Shown here: piece after piece, positions 53,650 through 63,720 of the stretch
Numbering within the stretch: the first letter of the stretch is position 1
Layout: each line of letters starts with the position of its first letter
DNA from: an uncultured Lentisphaeraceae bacterium
GTDB taxonomy: Bacteria > Verrucomicrobiota > Kiritimatiellia > RFP12 > UBA1067
Length of the DNA stretch: 64,000 nt
NCBI GenBank assembly: GCA_964406095.1
Contig: CAYOQJ010000120.1
Span: 10,403-74,402, forward strand
Reading direction: 5' to 3'
Position numbers and translations under genes: made by a program
Notes under the pieces: model-generated
What the model was told of the DNA's origin: nothing
Database searches by the model: none
What the model saw: only the letters and a program-made list of their open reading frames with translations

Positions 53650-55446
53650 TTAATCTAAGCTCTGATCCTGCATATTAAGTCCTGCGGCCTCGTTAATAAC
53701 CGGGGCCAGCACCCCGCAGCCCTTTGCATATAAGGTTGCCTGGGCAGCATTCGAACTCTGCAGCAGTAGCAGAGCTAGAACGATGTTTTCACCGATCGAC
53801 TGCGGCTCTCCGATCCAGTTGGCTTTCTGCTCGGGTGTCAGATCGGTAATATCACAATCGACAGTACGCCCATTGGCTTCCAGCCGAACAATGCGGTCGC
53901 GCACCTCACGTGCTACCACCGTGCGGGGAATATTCCTGATGTTCATGTTCAGCGGACGATTCAGATTGCGGCTGAGATGTCTAGCGACAAGTTCATCAGC
54001 ATCCGGCAGATTCTTCAACGTGTTTAACATCTCTTCTCTGCCATTGAAAGTTTTTGTGTTCTTTTCGAGCAGCCCAATGACAGCGTCGGTGTTGCCGCCT
54101 CTCAGAAGTTCAGCGAATTGCCGCCGCAGTTTGGTGGAGAGTTCCGGCAGTTGATCGTTTGTGGCGGGAGCTGGTAGCGTTGTCACAGCACTCTCATCCG
54201 GTACAGGTCGCGGTTCTGAAACGTTGGCAGCACTTTCTTCGACTGTGTCAATCACACTCGGCACGATGGAGCTGATCAAGCCGTCAATCTTTGCTTCGGC
54301 CCTCATTGCCGCAGGGTTGTCGGATAATCGGCCGGATTGCACCGCGACGCGGAAACAGAAGAGTGCGGCCAGCCAGGCGACCAGAATTGACCACAGAATG
54401 AAGTTACGCTTTTTAAGCGAGCTTCTCTGATCAGCTTCATGGTGTCGACTGAGGTGGCGATCCTGAATCTCGCTCAGATAACGGTTTCTTTTTTTTGTTT
54501 TTATCTTGAACGCGGTCGGTTTCTGCGGTTGCAGATCGTCAGCTACCTGACTGAAATCCGCTTCTATTGTGCTCAGATGAGTTGGATCCAGCTGCGTGCA
54601 GATTGGCTCCCGGCCTTCCATCAGCGCATGAAGATCATGATGCACCTCTTCCCAGTTCCGGTAGCGGAAAATGGGATTCTTGATCATCAGGCGGTGCAGC
54701 ACTCGTGAGAAATCAACCGGCAAAGTCGTGACAATTCTGTGCGGCGCCGTGATCGATTCCGTCAGGTGCGCCTTAAGAATCTCTTCCGTTCGGAGCTCCG
54801 CGAAGGGAGCTTTGCCGGTTGACAGACAATACAGCAGCGCACCGAGTGAGTACATGTCGCTCTGCGTGGTAAGCGGAGTGTTTCCTCCGATCCGCTCGGG
54901 TGAGATGTAAGAAGGTGCTCCCAGCACATGACCACGGTCGATAACCTCGGGGTCAAAATCGGGGGCATCGATGATCGCCAGAGTAAAATCCGTGAGTTTG
55001 GCTATGCCACGTGAGTCAAAACGGATTGATGCGCTTTTCAGATTGCGGTGGATGATCCGCGAGTGGTTCCACAGTGTCTTCATCGCACTGCTTACAGAGG
55101 TCGCAATCTGCATGAGCCGGTCGAAGGGCAGTGCTCCCTCTCTCTGCAGAAATGATTCCAGAGTAAACCCCTCGACATACTCCATGACAACGTAATGCAG
55201 TTGTCCGTCGCTGACGATATCGAATATGGCCGCCAGCGATTCACTTTTGAGTTTGGCGAACTGTCGCGCAATCAGGATGAAGTAACGGCTCGACTCTTCG
55301 TCCGCGGATAGCTCATCATTAAGAACAAGCAGAAAAACTGTGCGATCGAGAGTTTTTTGCACGGCCTTCCAGAGATAAATCCTGCTGGTGGTATCGATCA
55401 GCTCGACAAGTTCAATACCGTGCGACTTTATCAGAGTTTTATTCAC
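53650..55446 (-). CDS. membrane-spanning Ser/Thr protein kinase-like protein, predicted pseudokinase
   Basis: 598 aa. The Hanks-type fold is recognisable (HRNLKSASI, LTDFTLA, YISPE, SDMYSLGALLYCL), but the Gly loop, VAIK Lys and HRD Asp are all substituted. It has one TM segment (ILWSILVAWLAALFCF). The GTG start overlaps the purE stop (GTGA). Confidence 0.8.
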   Translation of the reverse strand: MNKTLIKSHGIELVELIDTTSRIYLWKAVQKTLDRTVFLLVLNDELSADEESSRYFILIARQFAKLKSESLAAIFDIVSDGQLHYVVMEYVEGFTLESFLQREGALPFDRLMQIATSVSSAMKTLWNHSRIIHRNLKSASIRFDSRGIAKLTDFTLAIIDAPDFDPEVIDRGHVLGAPSYISPERIGGNTPLTTQSDMYSLGALLYCLSTGKAPFAELRTEEILKAHLTESITAPHRIVTTLPVDFSRVLHRLMIKNPIFRYRNWEEVHHDLHALMEGREPICTQLDPTHLSTIEADFSQVADDLQPQKPTAFKIKTKKRNRYLSEIQDRHLSRHHEADQRSSLKKRNFILWSILVAWLAALFCFRVAVQSGRLSDNPAAMRAEAKIDGLISSIVPSVIDTVEESAANVSEPRPVPDESAVTTLPAPATNDQLPELSTKLRRQFAELLRGGNTDAVIGLLEKNTKTFNGREEMLNTLKNLPDADELVARHLSRNLNRPLNMNIRNIPRTVVAREVRDRIVRLEANGRTVDCDITDLTPEQKANWIGEPQSIGENIVLALLLLQSSNAAQATLYAKGCGVLAPVINEAAGLNMQDQSLD

Positions 55447-55946
55447 AGCTCAGCGTTGATTCTGGCGTTGCCTGTATGTACCTTATCTTTCAGCTCTTCT
55501 TTGTAGGCGTGAAAACGTTGACGCAGTTCAGGATCGTTTCCACCCAGTATCTGGACGGCCAAGAGGGCAGCATTGACCGGTCCGGCACTGCCGAGTGTAA
55601 CGGTTGCGACCGGTATGCCCGCTGGCATCTGCAGGGTGGCATAGAGCGAGTCGAGTCCACTCAAAGCACCGCTTTTGACAGGTATTCCGACAACCGGCAA
55701 CACAGTGTGAGCAGCCAGCACTCCGCCCAGGTGTGCAGCACCTCCGGCGGCAGCGATGATCACCTGTAATCCGCGTTCTTCGGCGGTGGTGGCATACTCA
55801 GCGGCAATTTCCGGCGTGCGGTGAGCGGAGATAACCCGTACTTCGTATGTGACCTCAAATTTATTAAGAATTTCAACGGCTTTTCTGACCAGCTCCCAGT
55901 CGGAATCGCTGCCCATAACTATTCCCACAAGTGTTTTGTCTGACAT
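55443..55946 (-). CDS. purE: 5-(carboxyamino)imidazole ribonucleotide mutase
   Basis: 167 aa with VGIVMGSDSDW, VISAHRTPE and AGGAAHLGGVLAA. Confidence 0.93.
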   Translation of the reverse strand: MSDKTLVGIVMGSDSDWELVRKAVEILNKFEVTYEVRVISAHRTPEIAAEYATTAEERGLQVIIAAAGGAAHLGGVLAAHTVLPVVGIPVKSGALSGLDSLYATLQMPAGIPVATVTLGSAGPVNAALLAVQILGGNDPELRQRFHAYKEELKDKVHTGNARINAEL

Positions 55947-56071
55947 TTGAATACCTCGCTTTCTCTACAGTTAGGCCCTGCTTGCAGGGCAAAAACAAAC
56001 ATGGTTTACTTTTTGGAAATTTTCATCTGCATAACCGTCGATTCAAGGGCGGCAGTGTGATGTTATGTTGT

Positions 56072-57343
56072 TCAGCGACTGAATGCGCGGTGCGCGATAT
56101 CACGGCGGTAGTGTGCACCGTCAAATGTTATCAGATTTGCCCGCTGATAGGCTTTGTCCACTGCCGAGCGTAAATCCGGACCGAGTGCCGTGACTGCCAG
56201 TACACGTCCGCCAGCGGTTACAATCGCGCCGTCGTACGATTTTGTGCCAGCGTGAAAGACGAAACAGTCATCCGGAGAGTCCGCTGAATCCAGGCCATGA
56301 ATAGTGTCGCCCTTGCGGTAATTGCCGGGATATCCCTCAGAGCACATTACTACAGTCGCGGCAGCCTGCTTGCGAATAGTGACCAGCTCGTCAGTGAGTA
56401 CGCCGTCGATACAGGCCTGCATTGCGGGGATGAGATTACCTCCTATGCGAGGCAGTACCACTTGTGCTTCAGGGTCTCCGAAGCGCACATTGAACTCAAG
56501 TACGCTGATTTTGTCGCCATCAATCATCAAGCCTGCGTACAGAACGCCCTTGTAAGGTGTTCCACGTCGCCGCATTGCGCGCACAACCGGAAGGATGATG
56601 CGCTCTTTGATCAGACACATCACCGCTTCGGTCACTAATGGCGCGGGGGTATAGGCTCCCATGCCGCCGGTGTTCGGGCCCATATCACCGTCATAGGCGC
56701 GTTTGTGATCCTGCGATGCGGGCAACAGCACGGCGTTGTCACCGTCAACCAGTGCCAGGATCGAAGCCTCCTCGCCCTGTAAAAACTCTTCAATAACTAT
56801 CTCGGAACCGGCCCTGCCGAAGCGGGAGTCTATCAGCATCTCGCGGATAGCGGCAACTGCATCGGTATGGTTTTCTGCGATCAACACCCCCTTGCCTGCA
56901 GCCAGTCCGTCGGCCTTTATCACAACCGGTAAGCCGAAGCTCTCCAATGCCGCGACAGCCTCATCAACGTTGGTGAAACTGGCATAGCGGGCGGTGGGCA
57001 CATTTGCTTCGTGCATGAGCTCCTTGGCGAAACGCTTGCTGCCTTCGAGTTGGGCAGCGGCCTGCGACGGTCCGAATACCCGCAGACCGGCAGCTTCAAG
57101 ACGGTCGGTTAGTCCCATACACAGAGGAACCTCCGGCCCTACCACAGTAAGTTCGGGGCGTTCCCGTTGCGCCCAGTCAAGTAGTGCCTGGATATCATCA
57201 GCGGCGATAGGAACATTCCGGGCCAGCTGTTCTGTGCCGGCATTGCCCGGTGCACAGAAAATCTCTGTTTGGGTTGAGTCCTGAACTAACCTCCACACGA
57301 TCGCGTGTTCTCTCCCGCCACCACCGATAACTAAAATTTTCAT
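56072..57343 (-). CDS. purD: phosphoribosylamine--glycine ligase
   Basis: 423 aa with MKILVIGGGGREHAI, an ATP-grasp segment (VVIKADGLAAGKGV), EEFLQGEEAS and NVRFGDPE. Confidence 0.93.
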   Translation of the reverse strand: MKILVIGGGGREHAIVWRLVQDSTQTEIFCAPGNAGTEQLARNVPIAADDIQALLDWAQRERPELTVVGPEVPLCMGLTDRLEAAGLRVFGPSQAAAQLEGSKRFAKELMHEANVPTARYASFTNVDEAVAALESFGLPVVIKADGLAAGKGVLIAENHTDAVAAIREMLIDSRFGRAGSEIVIEEFLQGEEASILALVDGDNAVLLPASQDHKRAYDGDMGPNTGGMGAYTPAPLVTEAVMCLIKERIILPVVRAMRRRGTPYKGVLYAGLMIDGDKISVLEFNVRFGDPEAQVVLPRIGGNLIPAMQACIDGVLTDELVTIRKQAAATVVMCSEGYPGNYRKGDTIHGLDSADSPDDCFVFHAGTKSYDGAIVTAGGRVLAVTALGPDLRSAVDKAYQRANLITFDGAHYRRDIAHRAFSR

Positions 57344-57471
57344 GCCGGATAAGATACGTTATCAAGCCGTCAAATTCAAGCGCGAATAAATTTTTATTTT
57401 GCTGTACAGTTTCGAGTTATTTTGCTACCTTCTCTGTACAAATCAATGAGGTATTGTTTGTGAGGGTTATT

Positions 57472-58671
57472 ATGAAAATCAATAAAGCTATATTTTTTGC
57501 AGTACTGTTCACAGCGGGCTTTGCTTGTGCCGAGACGGTCAGTGTGGATGACAGCTACAGTTCAGCGACCCACACTTTCACCGTTGCAGACGGTACATCG
57601 GTGACAACGCAGGATGTTTTCATCGTTTTTTCCGGTGAGCTAATCAATGAGGCTGATGTTACGGCTTCTGACGATGGGGACGGACGTTATCTTGCTTCAA
57701 TACAGCTCTATCTTGAGATGGAACTTTTTGAAGGCGCTCCCGATCCCAGCGTGTATGATACAGCGCAGGCTGGAGTGATAGCTTTGCTCAACGAATCTTC
57801 CACAACCGAGGGTACGCTCTATGGCCTGACCAGAGATACCAGCAATGATCTTGTTTGGGAGCAGTTGCTGGATGACAGCAATAATCCGATTCCGATCAAC
57901 GTTGGCACCACCAACGTTTTGACCATCATATTGCGCTATCCGGATGGTATCAGCTACACCGACTATGAGTATGTCGTGACTCTTGCTCCGGCTGATGACC
58001 CCTCCAGTTCCATATCCTCGCAAAACATCACCTCACCGGATACAGAGGATACAGGCATAAACTCAGTACAGCTTGTAGGGGATGGGTCTCTGACCACCTA
58101 CTCCTCTACCTCCGGCGATCCTGCCCCGCTTTCAGCACAGATCGATTTCTCGGTTTATTACAGCAATGGCGAGTTTCTGGTGAATATCTTCACTGTCGAT
58201 GAAAACGGCAGTGGAGAGCTTGAAGTATGGGCCGAAATAGATGGCAGCTGGGTGTTGCTGGGTTCGGTTCAGGCGATAGGATATGACAATAATCAATATC
58301 AGCTGGTTGTCAGCGGATTGAGTGTCGGCGAATCCTACCGCTTCAGGGTAATTGATGAAGAAGATCAAATTCACACCTCCTTTGGCGCTATTGAGGTCAA
58401 GAGCATTCAAATGCAGGCGGTCACCCTCGATATGGACACCTTCTCGATTCGATTCAATTCCGAGTCTGGCAAGCGTTACAAGGTTGTGACATCAGCGGAC
58501 ATGAATAAGCCGGTAGCTGAGTGGAGTGTTTCGGAGGTACAAGTTTACGGCCCGAACGGCTGGACGGATTTTGTGCCGGAGTTCCAGGGTGTGCCTGAAT
58601 CAGATCAGACGGTAGTAAGAGTTCCGCGCACCAGCGATGCCGCCTTCTTTAAGGTTCTGCTTATCGATTGA
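57472..58671 (+). CDS. secreted acidic hypothetical protein with C-terminal sandwich module
   Basis: ~399 aa from the ATG at 57472, with a signal peptide (AIFFAVLFTAGFACA). It is D/E/S/T-rich, and its tail (..GKRYKVVTSADM...AAFFKVLLID) resembles the tail of 50696-53608. Confidence 0.65.
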   Translation: MKINKAIFFAVLFTAGFACAETVSVDDSYSSATHTFTVADGTSVTTQDVFIVFSGELINEADVTASDDGDGRYLASIQLYLEMELFEGAPDPSVYDTAQAGVIALLNESSTTEGTLYGLTRDTSNDLVWEQLLDDSNNPIPINVGTTNVLTIILRYPDGISYTDYEYVVTLAPADDPSSSISSQNITSPDTEDTGINSVQLVGDGSLTTYSSTSGDPAPLSAQIDFSVYYSNGEFLVNIFTVDENGSGELEVWAEIDGSWVLLGSVQAIGYDNNQYQLVVSGLSVGESYRFRVIDEEDQIHTSFGAIEVKSIQMQAVTLDMDTFSIRFNSESGKRYKVVTSADMNKPVAEWSVSEVQVYGPNGWTDFVPEFQGVPESDQTVVRVPRTSDAAFFKVLLID

Positions 58672-58681
58672 TGATGCTTGA

Positions 58682-59026
58682 TCAGTTGCCGTAAAAGATG
58701 ATTCTCTTCCTGAGGTAACTGTCAAAAAATACCGACAGAGTTTCGAGGTCGGAGTAGCATATTTCGCTTACTCCGGCTTTTTCAGCTTCTTCACGGACTA
58801 CATTTTTCGACCACATGACCGAAAGATTTATGCGTGTTATCGGTTCTTTCAGTCTGGTCAGACCTACGGAGAACTTTTTGGTGGCAACCGGTGAGCCTGT
58901 GCGCTCCGCCGGCAGAGCGAGCGGCTCTCTGATTTTTGTGAAAATCCTACCCTTAGGTGCGAAGCAGCCCGCGCACAGCAATATGATCGGTAGCAGTACC
59001 GCAGCTTTATTCTTTTCGGTTATCAT
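58682..59026 (-). CDS. TRL-like family lipoprotein
   Basis: ~114 aa from the ATG at 59026 with lipobox LLCAGC. The C-terminal pattern YSDLETLSVFFDSYLRKRIIFYGN is shared with the upstream paralogue. The track TTG start at 59065 overlaps the upstream gene. Confidence 0.65.
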   Translation of the reverse strand: MITEKNKAAVLLPIILLCAGCFAPKGRIFTKIREPLALPAERTGSPVATKKFSVGLTRLKEPITRINLSVMWSKNVVREEAEKAGVSEICYSDLETLSVFFDSYLRKRIIFYGN

Positions 59027-59048
59027 GATTAACAGTGTTTTCTCAACT

Positions 59049-59363
59049 CTATTGCCCGTAAACAATTGTTTTGCGGTTCATGTAAAGACCGAAAAGAACA
59101 TTCAGAAACTGGTAGTCAACATATTCAAGTGTTTTTAAATTGCCGTTCTCTGCGGCAGCCTGCAACCCGCCGTCACCCCAGGCTGCGATCCACGCAATCG
59201 AATGCGAAGTTGATACTCCGCTCCGGCTGACCGTCTGCGTGTTTCTGAAGTCACGACTGGCCGGCAGCCTGAAATTAGAGTAAATACAGCCGCAAGTGCA
59301 CAACAGAAGCACCGCGCAGCCGATTGTTCTAAGGTTTGACCTCATAACTATATGCTTTTCCAT
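59049..59363 (-). CDS. TRL-like family lipoprotein
   Basis: 104 aa with lipobox LLCTCGC, WGDGG, and the C-terminus YVDYQFLNVLFGLYMNRKTIVYGQ. AGAGGGGA lies 9 nt upstream of the ATG. Confidence 0.7.
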   Translation of the reverse strand: MEKHIVMRSNLRTIGCAVLLLCTCGCIYSNFRLPASRDFRNTQTVSRSGVSTSHSIAWIAAWGDGGLQAAAENGNLKTLEYVDYQFLNVLFGLYMNRKTIVYGQ

Positions 59364-59377
59364 GTAAAATGTCCCCT

Positions 59378-60976
59378 CTATTCATTCACCGGATCATACT
59401 GCATTGCCGAGGCTCTGCGCTTCAACCAGAACTCCTTAAAATTGGATTGAAAAACCTGCATGTCAACTTCGGCAAAGGTCAGATCGGTGGCTTGCTGATA
59501 ATCGCGTGTGAGTAGCAGAGCTTCAGCGTAATCATTTAAAATATTTCGGAATGGGGTGTTGCGCTCCTGTGGAGCACCTTTTTGCAGATAATAGACCAAC
59601 CCCCAGGCGAGAGCGTAGTTGAAGGCCCGCCCTGCCCTGGTACCCCCGCCATCATAAAAGTCCCCGTAGCTCATCTGCAGCAGATGAGGAATCAGAGCGG
59701 CGGCTTGTTCCGGATTTTCCAGTAGCAGACGGCAGCGTGCCAAATCTTCTTCAAAAAAGATCCCGCTTTTTGAATCAATGTGCGCATTCTCAAAGAAGCA
59801 GGCATGTCCCTCATTCAGCCATGGTGCAGGTGTCAGCATGCCCCAGGCGTAGGAGATATATTGATGAAAGGCTTCATGACGCAGTGTGCTCATGATCTTC
59901 TCTTTGTGCGCTTCCTGTGTTAAAGCCAGCTCTCGCCTCCGCGGCATCCAGATGCCTGATGACCAGCGGAACTTTTCACCGACATAGGTGTCGTAATCAC
60001 TTTTGAACTGAAAGATTCTGATCAATGCGACATCCCTTTCAGCAGTCAGCGGGGGTAGAAGTTTTCGGCAGGCAGCCAGAAACACCGGCATATTCTGCTG
60101 TACAGTTTCCACCAGCGACCTGCCCAGGTTTGTATTCACATCAGAAAGAATCGTGTAGCCGTCGGTCTCCGCGCACCACCACTGTTCATAATTTGCAATC
60201 CCCTTACGCGCCGCCAGGCGCACAGGATGGTGCGGCTGATCAAAGTCGGGGATGCCCTGGCGGCTGGTGCTGATCTCACGCGACTGTGCACCGTCATGAC
60301 GGTTAAAGGTGGTGGGCTGCGCTATCTCGGACATCCAGGTTTCTTCAAAATTGCGCTGCAGCTTGCCGATATCCGCAGTACCCGGTGCCTTCAGCGTGAC
60401 GCAGAACCAGTCGAAATTGCGTGCGTTGCCGATGCGGCGTGGATGGAAGGTGTAAACCAGCAGATTGGAACTCTGACATGTGTAGGTGTAAACAGAGCTT
60501 AGTGCGAATGAGTTGATGTTCAGTGTTTCCGGTTCAAATAGAGTCTCACCGGTGAATGTGGCAGCCCAGGCGTGAATCTGCTCAGCTGTCCGTCCGTCAA
60601 TATGCCACTGATCATCCGCACTGACCTGATTGTAACGTTCGCGGGTAATAAACTCTTCGGGGAACTCCGGTAAAGCGGTTGTGATTCTGCCGATTAGCAG
60701 GGTGTTGCCAGCGGTGTCCTGCCAGCGCCCTTCACATTGGTCGTGATACCAGAGTTGATAAGGTTCGAAGCGATCCTCACGAATCAGCTCATCTTCGCCT
60801 TCAATGATGAAAGTATGCGCCTCCGGCATGGGCAGAGGACGCGGCTTGGAGTGCGACAGCGGTGCCAACATCAAGCCGATGTGCGGATAGTTGACTGCGG
60901 AGTCAAATCCCGGATACGTATACGCGCATGATATCAATGCGGTACAGATTAAAAATATGTAAACGGCAGTTTTCAC
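59378..60976 (-). CDS. secreted HExxH-motif protein, DUF1570-like putative metallopeptidase
   Basis: 532 aa with a signal/lipobox-like N-terminus (FLICTALISCA). It has an HEAFH motif (STLRHEAFHQYISYAWG) followed by WLNEGHACFFEN. The DUF1570 assignment is from memory. Confidence 0.6.
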   Translation of the reverse strand: MKTAVYIFLICTALISCAYTYPGFDSAVNYPHIGLMLAPLSHSKPRPLPMPEAHTFIIEGEDELIREDRFEPYQLWYHDQCEGRWQDTAGNTLLIGRITTALPEFPEEFITRERYNQVSADDQWHIDGRTAEQIHAWAATFTGETLFEPETLNINSFALSSVYTYTCQSSNLLVYTFHPRRIGNARNFDWFCVTLKAPGTADIGKLQRNFEETWMSEIAQPTTFNRHDGAQSREISTSRQGIPDFDQPHHPVRLAARKGIANYEQWWCAETDGYTILSDVNTNLGRSLVETVQQNMPVFLAACRKLLPPLTAERDVALIRIFQFKSDYDTYVGEKFRWSSGIWMPRRRELALTQEAHKEKIMSTLRHEAFHQYISYAWGMLTPAPWLNEGHACFFENAHIDSKSGIFFEEDLARCRLLLENPEQAAALIPHLLQMSYGDFYDGGGTRAGRAFNYALAWGLVYYLQKGAPQERNTPFRNILNDYAEALLLTRDYQQATDLTFAEVDMQVFQSNFKEFWLKRRASAMQYDPVNE

Positions 60977-60978
60977 GG

Positions 60979-63720
60979 TTATTTTATAACCTCGTAAATA
61001 ATAACTCCTCTGTTATCACGTCCGGCGGTATCCAGCTTGAAACAAGCCGCACCCTCCCGTACTGTAACCGGTAAAGTGTAAAGCCTCCGCCCTCCGGTGG
61101 AAAGAGCAAATACCCGGCATTTGTCAGCAACATCGCAACACAGCTCAACCTCTGCCGATCCTCTGCGTACAAGATGTGGCAACCCGCCCCAGTCAAGCAG
61201 AATGCTTCGTTTTTCATCAGCATAACGTATGCCACTGTTCTGAATGTCAGTTAAATGTGTCAGAATCATCCGCTTCGATCTGTTAAGAGGCAGGTCATCC
61301 AATGCACTTATCCATACTGTCGCAGCGCTTCCGCTGATGGTGACCTGCAGTGGAGCCGCCGCTATTGTACCCTTTTCACAGAAGCCACCGCACGTTTTTT
61401 CCGTTATTATTGTAAAACTTCCGCTCTGATTGTCAATTTTGAGTGCGCGGTTCGAGTTTGCCAGTTCTGTCACACTGCTGTGTAAAAATGGTACAAACTC
61501 AGGATTCCTGGCATACTCTTTAAAAACCGCCGGATATTCGGCGGTGTACTCAAACTCCTCAGGGGGGTTCGCGCCTGTATAGACCCCGATTCTGTGACTC
61601 CAACCCAGAACCGGCCATAGATTTTTGCTGGCAGGGTAAATATTATCAGGTGAACTTAAAGTTGTTTCAGGAAGATGGATTAGTGCACTTGAGTTCAGCG
61701 GCTGAATATCGCCACGTAAAAAAAGGCAGATCGATGCGCGTTCCGCTGCCAGTGAGAGTGGATCGTTGAGCATGTCGAAATACCCGATCGGACGACTGCT
61801 CAGTGCGGCGAGCTCTTTAATGTTATGGCTGTACGAAAAACGCCACAAACCGCTCCAATCCTGCAATGCCGCCAGGGCTCCTGTCAGAATGCCGCCCACT
61901 CCTCTGAAACGTCCTGGGGCGGCATAATTGTATTCCGAAATGGTGAACGGTTTGCCGTAATGACGCATGTATATCTCACGACGCCCGCCAAAATTGTTGT
62001 TTTTGAGGGGGTTGGAGTTCGCAGAGCGGCTGGGTAAACGCCATTTCTGCTTTATAAAATTAGGATGATCCACATAGAAGTGCTCGTCGATATAATCGTA
62101 AACCCGGGCTCGCACCAGATGATCAGGCAGAAAGTGGCTCCAACCGTTAGCATTTGATATCAGTGCCTCGCAACCGATTTCATTCCGCAGTAGATGGCGA
62201 AAACGTTTGATCATTGTAATTTCCAGATCTTTGAAGAAGAGAAGAAAAGCCGCTTTGTGCGAATCCTTGCCGGACATCCCGACACCCTGTGGAATTGTTT
62301 CCGGGATTGCACTGTATAACTGTGGCGCACTCTTTTTCTTTTCCGCCAGCCAGCTCCGCCAGGCCTGCTGCCACTCGGGTATCTCGTTTATTTCGCTGAA
62401 ATGATTGCCGAAGTTTCCCTCATTGATGATGTTGATCCATGCCAGGGCCGGTTCATTCGCGTAGGAACGTCCCGTGTGAGGATTGACATGGTTGAGCAGA
62501 ACGGCAGTGAATTCTTTCAAGTTGTTAAAGGCACCTTCGTGTACCGGAACCAGCTTTTTAAAGGTGTCCTGAGGTATGCTGCCCGGCTTGTCAATGCCGA
62601 TTGCCTTCCAGGGTACGCGCCTCGAAACGTAAAGATCGATTGAAAGATAGATTCCCGCGTTGATCAATTCAGCCATGAATCGGTCAAAACGGCGCATCGC
62701 TTCCCTGTTGAGCTGTATTCCATCTTCCGATCCCTCGGTCATCAAGCTTTCATAGTGATGAATGCGTACGGTATTGTAGCCGATCCGGGCCAGCCGTTGC
62801 GCAATCCGGCGGGCAACTTCTTCGTCGGGATATAATGCCGAGAAACAGAAATTGACCCCATAGAATCGTTGATGCGTTCCTGGTTGCTTTTTAAAGACGA
62901 AGTGGCCATCCTCTGCAATGATTCTGCCGTGCTTGCCGGCAGGGGCATCCAGAAAACCCATAACAGAGAAGTCGAGGGCCGAACCCTTTGCGATTTCAAG
63001 CTCGACTTCCAGCGGTATCCAGTCGCGACCGGCCGTAAGTGTAACCGGCTTCTGTAGCCGCAACTTGTCGTCAGATCCGGTAGAAATACTGAATGTCAGA
63101 TTGTAATTTTCGTTTTTGCGGAAGTCAAAGGTTGTAAGGCGACCGATGCGCACAGAAAACGTTTCGCTCCATTGGCGGTTGTCCTGGATCAGCAGCGATA
63201 CCGTTTCGGGGAAATGAAAGGTTACGCTTCCGGTGCCGTCGGCGGTGCGGAGCGTCAGCTCCTCAACTGTGCTCTGCATTAAGATCAATTTGTCATACTG
63301 CGCCGGGAGAACAGCACTGCGCTCACCGCAACTCCAGCTGCCGCCCCTGAACTCGTCCGCCTGAAGGTTTGCCGTGACAAAAAGGCAGTTTAATCTGATG
63401 TCGTTGTGTGACTTGAAGCGGTATTTCGCATGTACCGCGCTGTCGCGCAACTGAAAGTGCCCCGTGCCAGTGACCATGCCGCCGCCATGCGGGTGCATGC
63501 TGAATTCATATACTCCGTTATCCTGTACAACTGTTACATCGTGCTTGGCTTCGCAATATTTCCAGTCAGGGGTGAACAGCGCGGGTTGAACTTCGACTGC
63601 AGGAGCTTCGTGCATCAATCTGCCTCCCGATTCAGCCATGAAGGTGCCGGCGGTTAGCCTGGCGGTGTATGATAGTGTTAAGATCAACAGTAGATTGAAG
63701 ATTGTTTCAGTTTTTGTCAT
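60979..63720 (-). CDS. secreted glycoside hydrolase-like protein (clan GH-A TIM barrel, GH5/GH2-like)
   Basis: 913 aa with a signal peptide. The TIM-barrel signature is FYGVNFCF...LARIGYNTVRIHHYE, with a candidate acid/base NEP (YANEPALAWINIINEGN). Confidence 0.65.
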   Translation of the reverse strand: MTKTETIFNLLLILTLSYTARLTAGTFMAESGGRLMHEAPAVEVQPALFTPDWKYCEAKHDVTVVQDNGVYEFSMHPHGGGMVTGTGHFQLRDSAVHAKYRFKSHNDIRLNCLFVTANLQADEFRGGSWSCGERSAVLPAQYDKLILMQSTVEELTLRTADGTGSVTFHFPETVSLLIQDNRQWSETFSVRIGRLTTFDFRKNENYNLTFSISTGSDDKLRLQKPVTLTAGRDWIPLEVELEIAKGSALDFSVMGFLDAPAGKHGRIIAEDGHFVFKKQPGTHQRFYGVNFCFSALYPDEEVARRIAQRLARIGYNTVRIHHYESLMTEGSEDGIQLNREAMRRFDRFMAELINAGIYLSIDLYVSRRVPWKAIGIDKPGSIPQDTFKKLVPVHEGAFNNLKEFTAVLLNHVNPHTGRSYANEPALAWINIINEGNFGNHFSEINEIPEWQQAWRSWLAEKKKSAPQLYSAIPETIPQGVGMSGKDSHKAAFLLFFKDLEITMIKRFRHLLRNEIGCEALISNANGWSHFLPDHLVRARVYDYIDEHFYVDHPNFIKQKWRLPSRSANSNPLKNNNFGGRREIYMRHYGKPFTISEYNYAAPGRFRGVGGILTGALAALQDWSGLWRFSYSHNIKELAALSSRPIGYFDMLNDPLSLAAERASICLFLRGDIQPLNSSALIHLPETTLSSPDNIYPASKNLWPVLGWSHRIGVYTGANPPEEFEYTAEYPAVFKEYARNPEFVPFLHSSVTELANSNRALKIDNQSGSFTIITEKTCGGFCEKGTIAAAPLQVTISGSAATVWISALDDLPLNRSKRMILTHLTDIQNSGIRYADEKRSILLDWGGLPHLVRRGSAEVELCCDVADKCRVFALSTGGRRLYTLPVTVREGAACFKLDTAGRDNRGVIIYEVIK

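Noticed and set aside
55975-55990. A GCCCTGC-TT-GCAGGGC hairpin between purD and purE, considered as a terminator.
   Set aside because: On the transcribed (minus) strand the T-tract precedes the hairpin rather than following it, and on the plus strand it is followed by A residues. This is not an intrinsic terminator architecture.
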